This document shows positions 28,915-44,300 of a stretch of 64,000 bases of DNA, one piece after another. This DNA comes from the human T2T-CHM13v2.0 reference genome, Homo sapiens. Made by a program: the position numbers and the translations under genes. Under the pieces are notes generated by a model. That model searched no databases. It was not told where the DNA came from and saw only the letters and a list, made by a program, of their open reading frames with translations. Position 1 is the first letter of the stretch; every line of letters begins with the position of its first letter. Location: assembly GCF_009914755.1 (NCBI RefSeq), contig NC_060929.1; one strand, given 5' to 3'.

Positions 28915-29590
28915 TGTATTAGTCCATTTTCAGCCTGCTATAAAGAACTACTTGAGACTGAGTAATTCAAAACGAAAAGAGGTTTAATTGACTCACAGTT
29001 CTGCATGGATGGGGAGGTCTCAGAAAACTTACAATCGTGGCGGAGGGCAAAGGGAAAGCAAGGCATGTCTTACATGGTGGCAGGAGAGAAAGAGAGCAAA
29101 GGGGGAAGTGCCATACTTTTTTTTTTTTTTTGAGACGGAGTCTCGCCCTGTCACCCAGGCTGGATTGCAGTGGCGCAATCTCGGCTCACTGAAAGCTCCG
29201 CCTCCCGGGTTCACGCCATTCTGCTGCCTCAGCCTCCCGAGTAGCTGGGACTACAGGTGTCTGCCACTACGCCTGGCTAATTTTTTGTATTTTTAGTAGA
29301 GATGGGGTTTCACCGTGTTAGCCAGGATGGTCTCGATCTCCTGACCATGTGATCCACCTGCCTTGGCGTCCCAAAGTGCTAGGATTACGGGCATGAGCCA
29401 CCGCACCTGGCCAGAAGTGCCATACTTTTAAACAATCAGCTGTCATGAGAAGTCACTCACTATCAAGAGAACAGCATGGGGAAAATCCACACCCATGATC
29501 CCATCACCTCCCACCAGGTCCCTCACCTGACATGGGGGGATTACAATTTGAGATGAGATTTGCATGGAGACACAGAACTGAACCATATTG
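28915..29590 (-). mobile_element. THE1D/MST-type solo LTR interrupted by AluY
   Basis: tgtattagtccattttc...gaggtttaattgactcacagttc...cacagaactgaaccatat; 5-bp TSD tatgc/taggc. Confidence 0.85.
29121..29412 (-). mobile_element. AluY
   Basis: aagctccgcctcccgggttcacgccatt, gtgttagccaggatggtctcgatctc; TSD gaagtgccatactttt at 29105 and 29414. Confidence 0.93.
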
Positions 29591-30417
29591 TAGGCCTTCA
29601 GTGTCCTTTCATTTCAGCTTGCAGAATTCCCTTTTATATTTTTCACAGAGCTGGTCTAGTGATAATGAAATTGCTCAGCTTTTCTTTATCTGGGGAAATT
29701 TTAATTTTTTTTCTCACTTTTAAATGGCAGATTTGTAAAATATTACATACTTAGGTAACAGTATTTTTTTTTATTTTAGCACTTTGAATGTATCCGCCCA
29801 CTAACTTTTGATGAGAAAGTTGCTAATAAATTTATTGAGAATCCCTTGTATGTGGCACATTACCTCTCTATTGCTGCATTCAAAATTCTCTTTGCCTTTG
29901 GCTTTTGACAGTTTGATTGTAATTTCTCTGTGTGTGTCCTTTGAGGTTATCTCCTTGGGTTCGTTGAGCTTCATGAATGTTTATATTAATGTTTTTCATC
30001 AAATTTGGGAAGTTTTCAGCCACTATTTCTTCAAGTATGTTTTCTGCCCTGTTCTCTCTCTTTTTTCCATCTAGAAAATGATGCATATATTTATCTGCTT
30101 GAAGATGTCCCACAGATCCCTTAGGTTCTGTTGACATTTCTTCAATTATTTTTTCTTTCTGTGCCTCAGACTTGATCATTTTTATTGGTAAAGTCTATTG
30201 CTATATTTTCTTCAAAATTGCTGATTCTTTCTTCTGCTTGCTTAAATCTGCGTTTTAAATTCTCTAGTGAATTTTTCATTTCAGGTATTATACATTTCAG
30301 TTTCAGAATTTTATTTTGGCTTCTTTTTAAGTTTTCTGTATTTTTATTAATATTTCTATTTTGTTCATACATAATTTCCTTGACTTTCATTACATCTTCC
30401 TTTAGATCTTTGAGCAT

Positions 30418-30600
30418 TTTTTTTTTTTTTTTGAGACAGAGTCTCGCACTGTCGCCTGGGCTGGAATGCAGTGGCGTGATCTTGGCTCACGGGGTTTCAC
30501 TATGTTGGTCAGACTGGTCTTGAACTCCTGACCTCATGATCCACCTGCCTCGGCCTCCCAAAGTGCTGGGATTATAGGTGTGAGCCACCACGCCCCACCC
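30418..30600 (-). mobile_element. AluS with internal deletion
   Basis: cttggctcac joined to ggggtttcac; TSD gatctttgagcat at 30405 and 30601. Confidence 0.88.
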
Positions 30601-31534
30601 GATCTTTGAGCATCTTTAAGACAGTTGTTTTAAAGTCTTTGTTTAGTAGATCTGCCATCAGGTCTTTTTTTTAGTGATATTTTCTGTTGTTGTTGTTGTT
30701 TTTCTTTCTTTCAAATGGGCCACACTTCCCTGTTTCATTGTATGTCATATAATTTTTTGTTGAAAAATGAACATTTGAATCTAATAATGAGGAAAATCTG
30801 GAAATCAGATTCTCTTCCTCAGGGTTTGCTGCCTTGTTATTGTTTTGCTTTAATTATTACAGGCTATTTTTGTACCCAGAATTAGCATAAGGTGTCAACT
30901 TAAGGTCTTTTTAAGTCTTTTCTGAGCCTGCAAATTTACCTGGGCATGCATAATGACTTTCTATATCCTCCCATACATGCAGTTGCTTTTGAATTTGAAT
31001 ATCCTAGTCTTTAATGCTTGACTCCCAATAGTACGAAAATAAAAAGAAATATAAAGTTGGTGGCGAGGCACTGGTCTTTTACATCCCTTGGAAGTCACTT
31101 TTGTCAGAGGAGGAAGAGCTTGCAACACTGGAGGGATGTGCAACAGTTGCTGCTGTCTTTTTGTCTGCATCTCTGTGATGATAGTCAGAACACAGACTTC
31201 TTGATATTTGGAAGACAGGCTCCTTTTTGCCGGTCCTGGCTCCTGAAAGCTGTGTGCAAGCTACTCCATGAACATCCCGCCAGTGTGCTGAGTAGTCAGG
31301 GGATGGGTAGCTGCTACTGTGTTAAGAGCTGAAATTGACCAAAATTAACCACAGTTTACTGTTCAACCCTCCCCTGGAAATAGCAAGCCTTTAGTAGACT
31401 CCAAAATAATTACATCAGGCAGATTCTTTCAGTGAAATTATTGTCTAGTTGAGGAGAAAGATTTCTGGTGCTTCTTACCTTACCATCTTCCCATAATCAT
31501 CTTTCTCTATTTATTTTTGTGTGAATGAATGAAC

Positions 31535-31900
31535 AGATTATTTGAGTGCTTGGTATGTTTCAGACACTTACTATGCAATCCAGTGTTCAAAAATAAAAGA
31601 GAGAGAGAGAGACAATATTCTTGCTTTCATGAAATTTCACTTCCCTGGTAAGAGACAAACATATAAAACAGTCACAAAACTAATGACTTGTAATTCTACA
31701 GAGGAGTACAGGGTTTGGAAAGCATACCAGGGGACATGCTAGTGAGTGGCAAGAGAGGAAGCTTCCCAGAAGTGTCTTGTAGTGTCAACCAGGTAAAGAG
31801 GAGCAGTAAAAATTTCTAGTTAGAGGGAACAGCATCTGTGAAAGCCTAACATTGGAAGAAACTTGGTGAGTTTAAGAGGTGAATAAACAGAGTTGTGTTA
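31535..31900 (-). mobile_element. L2 fragment
   Basis: tatttgagtgcttggtatgtttcagacact...cttgctttcatgaaatttcac...agagggaacagcatctgtgaaagcc. Confidence 0.55.
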
Positions 31901-33371
31901 AAGGTGGATGAAATTCAAGATGAAAAAAATGTTTTGTATAAAGTGGTTTTTACCAACTATAAAATGGTTTTTCTAAGAAATGTTTTCCTTTCTCTCCAAT
32001 TCTCTGACACCTGCTATTTTACCACTCCCTGCTTGAGACTAGATTCCCTGCTGTCTTAAAATCTGTCATTTCATATGAAGTTTTGCAATCCTAGCCATAG
32101 ATATGCTATGAAAGACTCAATGTCACCATGAGATAGTGTGGTTATTGACCCCGAACAGGAGTGGTCATTTGATTAGGCACACAATTAGCAAGGAGACTAT
32201 GGCTTTTTAATATCCTTAATTTTTTCTATATTGCATTGGTTAGAAATCTAATTGGTTTACTAAAATGATATGCATATATAGAAGTAAATCTGTTTTAAAA
32301 ATTATCAAATAAAAAAGTCTTATACAATCATAGAATACAGTATCTTAGAATAAGAGTCTTATAAAGACCTTAAGATATGACCTACTTGAATATGTTCTTC
32401 AGCAATGTCTTAGGGATCTACACAGAGGAGGGGAGGAGCTGGGGTTAGGGCAGGGCTCTGTGCTCCATTACCCTCCTCTACCAGCAGAGTTCTAATCATA
32501 TTGGGTTTCTGTATTTAAGTTCTATACAATGTCAACATCAGTTGAAAAATCTTTTTTTCTTTCATAAAAAGTTTGGAAAACACTCACCTAATATCATAGT
32601 TTTACTTAGTGGTGTGCTAGACCCAGCTCTTACCCACTGATGGAAACAAAATGAGCTTATTTCTTCTCTGCTCCATGTTTGCTGACATCATGTTAGTTAT
32701 TTGAAGTTAGCAAATGCTACAAACAGAGCTTTTATATTTTTTATTTTTTTCTTGAGAGCCAGTTTTTTGACCTATAGTTACAAATGAATGTAAAGTAACA
32801 GTTCCATGCCATAGCTAGCTAAGGGCATGAGTAGGAAAAGAAAACAGATCTTCTGACCCCTATTCCAGGGCTGTTTCTGAGATACCCAGTATCACAGGAA
32901 GGCAAAGGAAATTTGCACTTGTTGCATGCCTACACGTACCAAAGGTACTCATGTAGGTTAGGTGGTTTTATTCTCACAAAGACTCTGAGAAGTTAGAATT
33001 CTGTCTCCATTTTTCAGGTGTAGACACTAGTCAGAAAGGAAATTTTTTGGTCCCAAAACATTTATTTATTGAGTGGCAGGGCCACAGTTCTCAGATACAT
33101 AGATCCAGCTTTTTCCCTTCTACCATACTGACATTTATTTTGTGACCTTGAATGTCACTTCCTTGAACATAAATTTCTTTACTGATATACTTAGAAAAAG
33201 GTAATCCTTAGCTACCACATAGGGATTCTAAAACCCAAGTGAAACACTGTGTGTGTGAATACATTTTATAAATTACAAAGTGCTATTAAAATTACATTAG
33301 TCTATTACTCATATAAAATATTAAATCATGACACCACTCTGCTTCAATTGCATATTCATTAATAGCAATGA

Positions 33372-33630
33372 GAAGCAGTTTAGCATAGCAATTAAGGACA
33401 CAGACTTTATCATCAGACAGGCTTGAGTTGGATCCCATCTTTATCTCTTACCCACTATTCCACTATGTGATTTGGGGCAGCTATGTAACCTCTCTGTACC
33501 TCAGTTTCCTCATTTATAAAATGGGGATAATTCTAACTCCTAACTCGTAGAATTTTTATAAAGATTAAGTAATACATGAAAAGCATTTAACATGGTTCCA
33601 GGTGAAGTGTTAGCTCTTAAGAAAATTAGT
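33372..33630 (+). mobile_element. MIR SINE
   Basis: tgtgatttggggcagctatgtaacctctctgtacctcagtttcctcatttataaaatgggg. Confidence 0.8.
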
Positions 33631-35710
33631 TGGAATTAGGATCATTATCTTACTCACTGCACTCACTTAACCAGCCCCATAAGAAAATTGTCTCAGCTCC
33701 CTATTTCTTACAGACACTGGATAGATGACTATTCGTTTATTTTTTAACTAACTTTGAGCTTAATTTGTTTACAAAGCCCTTGACAGTACTTCTCTTTCAA
33801 TCCATATTTGTTTTGTTTTGTTTTCTGATTTTCTTTCTTCTCTCATCTTCTCTAAGCCATCTGTCTCAGAACTGTGGAAATCTAGCTTTGTCCCTCATGG
33901 CTTAAGCATGCTTTTATTTGCCTCCTCTTTCTTCTTTTCCCTCTGCCTTCTTGTCTTCCTTGAGAATTTGTTGACTGACATCACATCCATTTAACAAATA
34001 ATGATGAGTTAATGATTCACAGTGCTTGAAGTTTCATATGGTAAAAAAAAAGCCTGTATCTTTCATCTTAAAAGCTGTGAAGACATTTCTCTTAAATTTT
34101 AAAAGATTCAGATTTAAAAGAGAATTTTAAAGTTGTACATAATTTGTACTTGATTTCTCACCTTTTTTTGTTTTCTATTTCTTTATTTTTTCTGCTTTTT
34201 CTCTGGAAGTAGTTGTCAACCTCATTTTTTGATTTTGTGTGTGTGAGGTAAAGAGAGATACTGTCATTAAAGCAGCTAGTACACAGTGAGTACTTAGTAA
34301 ATGTTGGCTGCTATGGTTATATGTAAATATTATGCTGATAAAGACAGCCTGTGCATCTTCTCCAATTCTAACCACAAAACATTATATCCATAAGGGTAAA
34401 GTCTCCTGAAATAAATCTAAGTACCTCCGAATGTCTGTGGGAAATCTGATTTAAGGTAGTAAAGCTATCTGAGTCTTAATAGCTGAAGGAGTTTGTTACT
34501 TAAATGGCTAGTTTGTTGGTTCATAACATTTTAGGGTACTAGGATCATAGTCTGCTGAAGTGGTAGGTATCTCCATTAAGTCAATGCCATTAACAATTTA
34601 TTCCTTCTTGAATGTAGACTCCACAATTGGAATTTTAGATTTCGCTACTAATGTGTAATTTACTCTGGAATTTGTAAAAATGCTGTTCATTTTAGCTTCC
34701 TGAAAATATGCATAAAAATGCAGCACAGGCCGTGACATCTACTTTTTTTCAATTAAGTATTTGGGTATCTTTTCTATTATCACCTTTTTATACGTCCTGA
34801 AAATCTTAGCCCACAATTCCTGAAAATCTTCAGAAATTGCAATTCCATGATCATTGAATCTGTGATAAGATGGTTCATGATCCCTATAGTTACACACAAT
34901 AAAGAGCAAAGAGTGCTTAGGGAAAAAGCCAGTTTAGTCAAAAATATAAAATTAATGAAACATAAACAAAAGGCCAAATCTATAGGAGGGTCACTGTATT
35001 GGTGAGGTTTATTCCAGTTGAACGTTAAGGATGTGATGTTCGAGGCTATACTAATCAGTATAGCTGTTTAAACATTTTCTGTCTTGTGAAACTTAGTCTA
35101 TAAAGACTAAACCTGATAATAAAATTTAGATGTAAGCTGCATTGGTTTGTAAGCACTTTAGGTATTTAGGCAGGGCATAAAGTAAATACAAAATTTAAGA
35201 TTAAGATTTATGAGTCAAAATTAACTATAATATAGACATTGCATTATATTAAACTGTCTATTCTACTAGTATTATAATTACCAATACCATCATTTTGGGT
35301 ACAGTTTTCTGGTCTTCTCTCCATCTTTTATTCCATCATCTAACAATTATTATAGTGTCTACTCCAGCCTAGGCAGTATGCTAGGCGTTGGTGAACACAG
35401 ATGAACAGAACAGACACTGTGCATTGTTCTCAAGAGCTGACAGTCTAGCTGTACATTCAGATAAACTAAGTGACAACAATAAATAATGGCAAGTAGTATG
35501 AAAGGAAAATCATAAGATTTTGGTAGAGAACATAGCAGAGGACTTAACATAGAACTGGGTAAAGAGGGAAGAGAGGGAAGAGAAGTCTTGTGGAAGAAGG
35601 GACCTGTCAGCTATTTCCTTCAGCAGTTATACAGGAGGCATAAGGTGCATTCCATTCAGTGCTTTATAATTCATATTAGTAAGACTACGGATTTTTTTCA
35701 GTTGCATTAC

Positions 35711-37555
35711 TTTTTCCCCTAGCTTCATTGAGATGATTGACAATTAAATATGGTAGATATTTAAAGTGTGCAATGTAATGATTTGATGTATGTATATGTT
35801 GAGAAATAATCACCACAATCAATCTAATTAACATAGCCATTACCTCACATAGTTACCATTTTTTCTGTTTGTGTGGTGGGTACACTTGAAATCTCTCTTA
35901 GCAAATTCCAAGGACAGAAAGCATTATTATTAATTACAGTTACCATGTTGTCCATTAAGTCTCCAATACCTATTCATTTTGTATGGGATTATTTGTACTC
36001 TTTCACCAATATCTCTCCTTATACCCTACCTACCACCCCCTTGTAACCACCATTCTACTCTCTGTTACTTTGAGTCTGATTTTTTTTTTTTTAGATTCCA
36101 CATATAAGTAGAATCATGCAGTATTTGTCTTTCTGTGTCTGGCTTATTTCACTTAACACAATATCCTTCAGATTTATCCAGGTTGTCACAAATGGCAGCA
36201 GGATTTACCTTGTTTTTAAGGCTGAACAGTATTGTACTGTGTGTATCAATCACATTTTCTTTAACCACTCATTGGTTGATGGATGCTCAAGTCATTTTCA
36301 TTTTGTGACTATTATGAATAATGCTGCAAAGAACATGGGAGGGTAAGCATCTCTTCAAGATAGTGATTTTTCCTTTGGATGTATACACACAAGTGAGTTT
36401 ATTGGATCATATGATAGTTCTATTTATATATTTTTTAGGAATTCCCATGCTGTTTTTAATAATGATCATACCAATTTACTTTCCCATCAGCAATATGCAA
36501 GGGTTCTCTTTTCTGTACATCCTTGCCAATGCATATATATATTTTTTGTCTTTTTGATAGTAGCCATCCTAACAGATGTGAGATAACTCATTGTGCTTTT
36601 GGTTTGGATATCCCTGATGATTAATGACTTTGAGTATGTTTTCATGTACCTGTTAGCCATTTGTATGTCTTTGGGAAAATATTCATATCTTTGCCCATTT
36701 TTATTCAGATTTTTTCTTACCAAGTTTTATGAGTTCTTAAATATTTTGGATATTAACCCCTTATCAAATATATGGTTTTCTAGCCAGAGCAATTAAGGAA
36801 GAAAAAACATAAAAGTCATCCAAATCAGAAAGGAAGAAGTAGAACTGTCTCTGTTTGAGGAGTGTATTAACTTATACGTAGAAAGCCCTGAAGACTTCAT
36901 CAAAAAAACTGCTAGAACTAATAAATGAATTTCATAAAGTTATAGGATGCAAAGTCAACATACAAAAATCAGATGAGTTTCTCTACACTATAGCAAACTT
37001 TCCAAAATAGGAATCAGAAAAACAGTTCCCTAGCATCAAAAATATAACTAGAAATAAATTTAACCAAGAAAGTGCAATATCTATACACTGAAAACTATAA
37101 AACATTGGCGAATGAAATTGAAGAAGACATAATTAAATAGAAAATAGCCTATGTTCATAAATTGGAAGAATTAATATTGTCAAAATGTCCATATTACCCA
37201 GAGTAATTTACAGATTAAATTCAATCCCTACCAAAATTTCAATGGTATTTTTTATAGGAATAGGAAAACACAAAAATAATAGGAATCACAAAAGACCTCA
37301 AATAACTAAAACAATCTTGAGCAAGCAGAACAAAGTTGGAGGCAGCACACTCCCTGATTTCAAATTATATTGTAAAGATATTGTAATCAAAACAGTATGA
37401 TACTTGCATAAACACAGACACATAAGCCACATGGAACAGAATAGTGAGCCCAGGAATAAACTCATCTGTATGATGTGTGGTCAACTATTTTTTAACAAAG
37501 ATGCCAAGATTACATAATGGAGAAAGGATAGTCTCTTCAATAAATGATATTGGAA
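35711..37555 (-). mobile_element. Old L1MA (approx. MA8-10) with 5' inversion: 35711-36778 minus, 36779-37555 plus
   Basis: Minus-strand 3' UTR and ORF2 end (track 36487-36723) abut a plus-strand ORF2 segment (track 37185-37400 [15 protein letters not shown]); inserted in an L2. Confidence 0.85.
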
Positions 37556-39410
37556 AGTTCAGACTTTATCCTGTGAGAGATGGGAACTAAGAGTGAAACC
37601 TACACTGTCTAAAGATTAAAGAGTACATTGTCAAAGGGCTGAATGAGGGAGATTGGAGGCAGAGACAGTAAATGATTGTCCAACCCAGATGATTGATAAT
37701 AGAGGCCTGGATTCAATTAGTTTTAAGAGAGGATCCATTGAAGAATTGTTATTGAACATTGTTTTCTTACTTAGGAAATAAACTAGAATGACATAGTTTT
37801 GCTATCTAGAGTTACAACAATGAGTCTGGTCTGTAAATGTACCCTCTAAATCATAAGAATTAATTGTGATAATTAAGTCACTGGAAAATGGCAAAAATAA
37901 GGGTAGAATTTGGTTGGCTTTGAGTGTAAACACTTGCTACCAAAGCGTACCTATTCTGAATCTATTTGAATATCAACTAATGGGGTGGCTCACAAAATAG
38001 ATAATTTAGTAATATCTGCTAATATTTGAAGATTTGGTATGTAAGAGCACAATAAGCACTCGATGCATGTTAGGTATGGTTATGTATATAAGAGCCACTT
38101 TTACTGAGATTATTTTGTTAAGGCCTTGCACAACCATAGGAGATGGCTGCTGTTCTACTTTACAGAGGAGAACTCAGGGATAAGACAGTTTAATAACAGG
38201 ATCTTCTGATGAAGAAGACAATAATCCAGACTGCCAAATTCCACACTAGAGCCAAGAAATTCTAACTTCTACAAATCACAAACATGATCGCAATTTCAAA
38301 AGTTTTGCCTTACACAGTTTTCCATAACTGAAGGTTAAGAATACCTTCAGGTTAATGGTGTTAAAACTAAAAGGCTATAGTTTCAAAATTACATAAAGTA
38401 TTCACATGATGTGTTGAAATGCAGTGAACTCCAAAAATCTTTCCAAAACCCCAAATATAGTTTTTCAGTGTGGAAATGTTCTGTGTTTTGATTTTGCTCT
38501 TAAAAAGCAGAAATTGTGTTGATACTAATCATGTCACTACAAAATGATGTTTGACTTCATCTTTTACGTTGAGCTCAAGTACTGCTGTGGCTCTTGTAAT
38601 AATAGAATATTAAAGTGTTTCTTTAGGATAAAATACTGATGTACGATAAGATCTTAGTGAGAGAGGATGAATGAAGTGGCTCAACACCCATGATCTCTTA
38701 TAAATGTGACAAATGGCATGGGTAGAGAATTGACCCATTTATCTAACTGTAAACCCTTGCCAATTCATTATTCTATATGCTATGTCTGGGAATTTGAAGA
38801 TATTATAGTAGTTATTTATGAGCAAGTCTCTTTCCTTGGAGTTCTCACAGAATGTCTTTCACAAGTTCAGTGAAGAGACTTAGAAAGCTGATTCTATCAA
38901 CTCAGCAAGAGAGGTTCTATCTCTCAATGATAGACTCACACATTAACCAACTTCATGAGATTGATGTCTAAATTAGAAATACAAATTTTTAAATTTAGCA
39001 TGAGAAATAGTATCACATGCATAGGAATAGCTAAATCTTCTCTTCCTCTAAGAAGATCTATGCAACAAGAAGGAACATAATGAAAAGGATAATTAATGCA
39101 TTTAAACTCAGAAAAAGGAGAGTTAGATAAAAAGGATTCTTTAATGGCAGCAGGCTAAGTCAGCCCAACAGGTATAATTTTGTCAGTGGTACTAGAGACA
39201 GTGAAAGTCCTCCCCACAAAGTCTTGTAAGTACCTTGAGGATAAGGACCCTGTTTTGTATCTATCATATCTCCAATCCCTGGAACAGACCAACCACTCAC
39301 TAAATATGAGGAGAGTTCATTGGCTAAGACTCCTTTATTCAGTGCTTGAATGAACTCTTCGTACTTTTTTATGGCTCTCATTCCTTCTATGCATCCATGA
39401 ATGACCTCTT

Positions 39411-39717
<307 letters not shown>

Positions 39718-40909
39718 TGACCTCTTAAATGGCACATTCTTTCATTAGATGTGCCAGCATAGTTGAGTTGGAGTCTGATATGCTCATCAAGTAGCCAATC
39801 TGTCTCTTTATGCTTTTTATTTCTGTTTTTGTCAATTTCTTTCTGCTTTTTGGCGGGGAGAATCAGGGCATGCCAATAAAGCCCCTATGTGCATTTTACA
39901 TGAAATATATTTCTTTGTATCTATTACATCAGCACTCCATCCTAAGATACGATATAATGCAGCTCAGCCAGACTGGCCCAGTCTGTTGCTTCTAACAGTT
40001 TCTGCTAATTATGAGAGATGAGGCTCAGGATGTTAAAACTGTGTTGAAGTTGATCAAACTGGAAGCCTTGGGGAAAATCCCTTACCATTAAACCCTACAA
40101 TCCACTGAAAATACAGGAATGTTTTTCTTCAATTCATTCCAGCAGATATTTAATGAGCACTTGATCTGTTAAGTGCAGGGTTAAAGGCAAATGAGACCAT
40201 TTTTGCCTGCCTTTAACTTGGAATAACATTCTGTTTTTGGACTCATATTTTAATTTTTTAATAGCCTTATCTATTTACATTTAGTGTTTATTCACTTACC
40301 ACTTAGGAATGCTAAAAAGGACTTCCTCATTGCTTAAGAAGAAGTAAGGAGAGAAGTAGGTAACCAGATAATGCATCTTGAAACACAAATTGTATTTTAG
40401 GAAGTGAAGCCCCAGCAGTAATTTCCCATAGTGAGTGAAGAGGTGATACAGTGAATCATCTCCTAGAATCACAATCTTTGCCCTACGAGGCAGCTAGGTA
40501 TCAGAAAATGGGAATCTTTTGCCCAATTCCTCTATTACCTATCTGTGTGATTTTGACCATATCACGTCTTCTTTTCAGTTTTCAGTTGTCTCATACAAGT
40601 AATGAAAAGGTTGGACTTGATGACATATTATTTCCTTTTACATCAGAATACGCTACAGCTCACCAGTTGAGAGATTTAAAATTATATAAAGTTATTTTCT
40701 CTGCAATCCATTGCGGAAAGGATATCAGGAATTACTAGCAATGTTCATTATTAGTGAAATAATATTTATGAAGCAACTACTATGTGCCAGCCACTGTGCT
40801 AGTTGTGGATTTGCTCAATTATGTCTCTTTCACATATCTAATAAACCCCTTATAAAGATAAATCATTTGAAATGTATAATGATGAATTATTTGTCTTTGA
40901 CAGCCTTTG

Positions 40910-40912
<3 letters not shown>

Positions 40913-40946
<34 letters not shown>
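40913..40946. repeat. (TG)17 microsatellite
   Basis: Seen directly. Confidence 0.95.
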
Positions 40947-40949
<3 letters not shown>

Positions 40950-41950
40950 AATTGTTGGGTTTTAGGGTTGGATTTTGAGGCTTGGTCTTTAGTATTAACC
41001 AGCACTCCTCATTCAAGAAGTTTACCATTAGCTTGGAATTCCTGCACCCATCAGTTGTGTCTTGTACCACTGAGCACTGATATGATTGCAAAAATAAAGA
41101 TGAGTGATGCTATGCATTTTTTAAGCACAGGTCTTATTTATTTCTGCCAGTAACTATGGAGTGCCTATCATGTAGTCTAGCTTCCTTTTATTGATCAATA
41201 AATTTTATTTCCAAATAAAAATGTGATATTTCAAGAGCTTACTTATAAGAAGCTATAATGCAATAAGAAATTATGGACCAGAAAGAACGTTAAAAGAATT
41301 GGTCAGTGTTTTTCACTGAAAAGAAACAGAATACATGGAGCCATCTATTCAGCTCTATCAGTATTTGCTTTGTGCTCTTTAATTAATTTCTTTTAAAAAG
41401 GTATGTTTGCAATACATTTCATTACTAATCACACTAAATTAATTTTCAAATGTATGAGTTCCTTCTGAAAGTAATGACTTAGTTTGAGAATCCCTCATTG
41501 TGTACCATGTATATATTTGAATTTCCGAAACAGAAGATGACTTCAGCTTAGACACTGTGTCTGGCCAATAGAGATATTCTCAAAATGTTTGGGTCACTGT
41601 TTTGTCACTGAGCCAAACTTCCTGGTCCAGATTCATTCCACAGAAATGTCTCTTCAAAGTCAGTCAGATAATTTTGCCCTTGGCCATGGAAAAATAGCAT
41701 TGGATTTACTCTGTTTTGAAGAGCCAGAGCAGAGTGAGTGTCACTTCCCATCAGGTATTATTTATGAAATGAACTCTCAAATGAAAGGCTGGCATCGTGC
41801 TACTGCCCTAATCATCTGCCATTAGTTTAAGTCTAACTCAACTGTTTTGGGCTTTCATAGAATAAATAAATACGGTTTCTATCCTTTGCCTAAATATTGC
41901 CTCATAATATTTCTAAAAAACAAATTAAAAACAAAAACAAAAACAAAAAC

Positions 41951-42349
<399 letters not shown>

Positions 42350-43164
42350 CTACCCACCACCTTTTCTCAATTTCCTAATAACCCTACACAGCCATTCTGG
42401 TAAGATGGAGGTGACCCTTTCTTTTTGCCTCCAGGGTTGTTATAGGAGCCAAATAGGATCAACATGAGGACACCATTCTCCTGGTCACATGGATGAGCAT
42501 GTGGCTCAATCTGGAAAATATCTATTTTCCCAGGGAAAGTGAGCATGTGACTACCAATGGGTGTCTTACCACCCAAAGGAGAGAGCAAAACTGTGGGTGA
42601 AGCCTAGAGAAGAAGAGGGAGATAGAGTCTTGATTACATTTCAACTGTTACTCCCAGTCCTGCCTTCACATCCACTTCTTGGCTTTACAGTTTTATGATT
42701 GAGTACATCTCTCCCCCCATCCTCTTTTTTCCTTAGGCTAATTTGAATGAGTTCCATCTGCTGTAACCATAAGGGTCCCGATGAACGCCTCTTTTCAGGC
42801 TTTTGCTGTAACTGCTCTGTGGCCCTCTCTGTATGACCTTACTGTGTTACATCAGACTACCCCACCCTCCACCCCAAGTCAGTGGCACAACAGACCACAC
42901 TCCCTATATTCACAGCCTAGCTTGTATTTCAGGCCTTACAGATTTTGCCTGACAACTGACTCGGTAATTTCTCACAAGTCTTTTGGATAAATGTACTAAT
43001 GGCTTATTAGTTTTTGAGATTGTTTACATCTTATGAGACAAGTTGGTTTCCTAGTACAATACAATATTTTAACAGGTCAGAAAGAGTAAATGAGATCTAA
43101 AAAGTCAAGATATAGAAAGTTGGGTTATATGCATGTTCCTGTACTTGGATTTTTTTTTTAAACC

Positions 43165-43720
43165 TGCATTTACTTACTTAAAAATATCTATTGTGTACTT
43201 CCTACAAGCTAGGCATGGTGTAAGGAGTAAGACACAACCTGGGGAAAGCAGGCTGGGTCTCTGCCCTCATGGAGAACATTGTCTCTCAGGAAAGATTGAC
43301 ATGAATCAGATAAAAATACAAATATGTATATACAACTAAAATAAGTGCTAGTCTATAGGCTTATATAACAGGGGACTGTTGGGTCTGAGGGTTCAGGGAG
43401 AAATAAATTCTAGAGGAAGTGATAATGGAGGTTACATTTAAAGGCTGAATAAGAGATAACTGCATGAACACAGGCAATTTCTAGGAAACAGTAATATCTG
43501 TCCAGAAGGTGAGAACAGCTTTTCTTCAATCTCCTAAAGTGGAAAGATACATGATTTATTTGAAGGATTAGAAGAATGAGGGAGTGGCAGCAGATGAGGC
43601 TAAAGAAGTGTGTGACAGACCAGTTGAGGGTTGCTGCTGTTCCCTTTTAGGCAATGGTCAGCCATTTAAAGATTTGAGGTCAAAGAGTTGTGCAATCAGA
43701 TTTATGTTTTAAAAGATCCT
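43165..43720 (-). mobile_element. L2 fragment
   Basis: tatctattgtgtacttcctacaagctaggcatgg...ctgccctcatggag...aatcagatttatgttttaaaagatc. Confidence 0.65.
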
Positions 43721-43727
43721 GTAACTT

Positions 43728-43900
43728 AGTAATCTTAAGTCTGGCTCACATTGGAATCATCTGAGGGGATTAAAAAATACTGTTGCCTGGTGGCCATCTG
43801 ATTCTAATAGAATCAAAACCTCTGGGGTGGGACCCTGGCTCTAGTCAGCTTAAAAGCTACCCCAGGTGATTCTAATATAAATCTAGGCCTGAACATCATC
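43728..43900. mobile_element. MER5A
   Basis: cacattggaatcatctgaggggattaaaaaatactg...aagctaccccaggtgattctaat. Confidence 0.7.
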
Positions 43901-43959
43901 GACATAAATGTTGTGGGAGATGAGGTTAATACTAGCACCTGTCATAGAGTGGTCCAAGC

Positions 43960-44300
43960 TGACATGACTCACTATGACTCCAGGTTACTACCTCCAAACC
44001 TAATATGTTCATGGATTGCATCAATAGAAGTATAGCTTCTGAATGAGAGAAGGAGTTGTTCCTCCTCTCTTTGCGTTAGATCCAGTGTACCTGCAAAGTT
44101 TGTTCACTTCTCAGCACCACACTCAAGGAGGAAATTAAGGAAACTGAAATATTCCCAGGAAAAAAGCCAACCAGGTGACAAAGGGAATCTGAAACACGAT
44201 GGAGAGAAATGGTCGAGTAGCTCCAGATATGTTTAATCTACAGTAAAAATATCCTTTGAAAAGGATAATGTAGGAATCTCAGTTTTCAAGTAAGTCAAAA
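43960..44300 (+). mobile_element. L3/CR1 LINE fragment
   Basis: ggattgcatcaatagaagtatagc...tgttcacttctcagcaccacactcaagg...aaactg resembles CR1/L3 ORF2. Confidence 0.6.
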
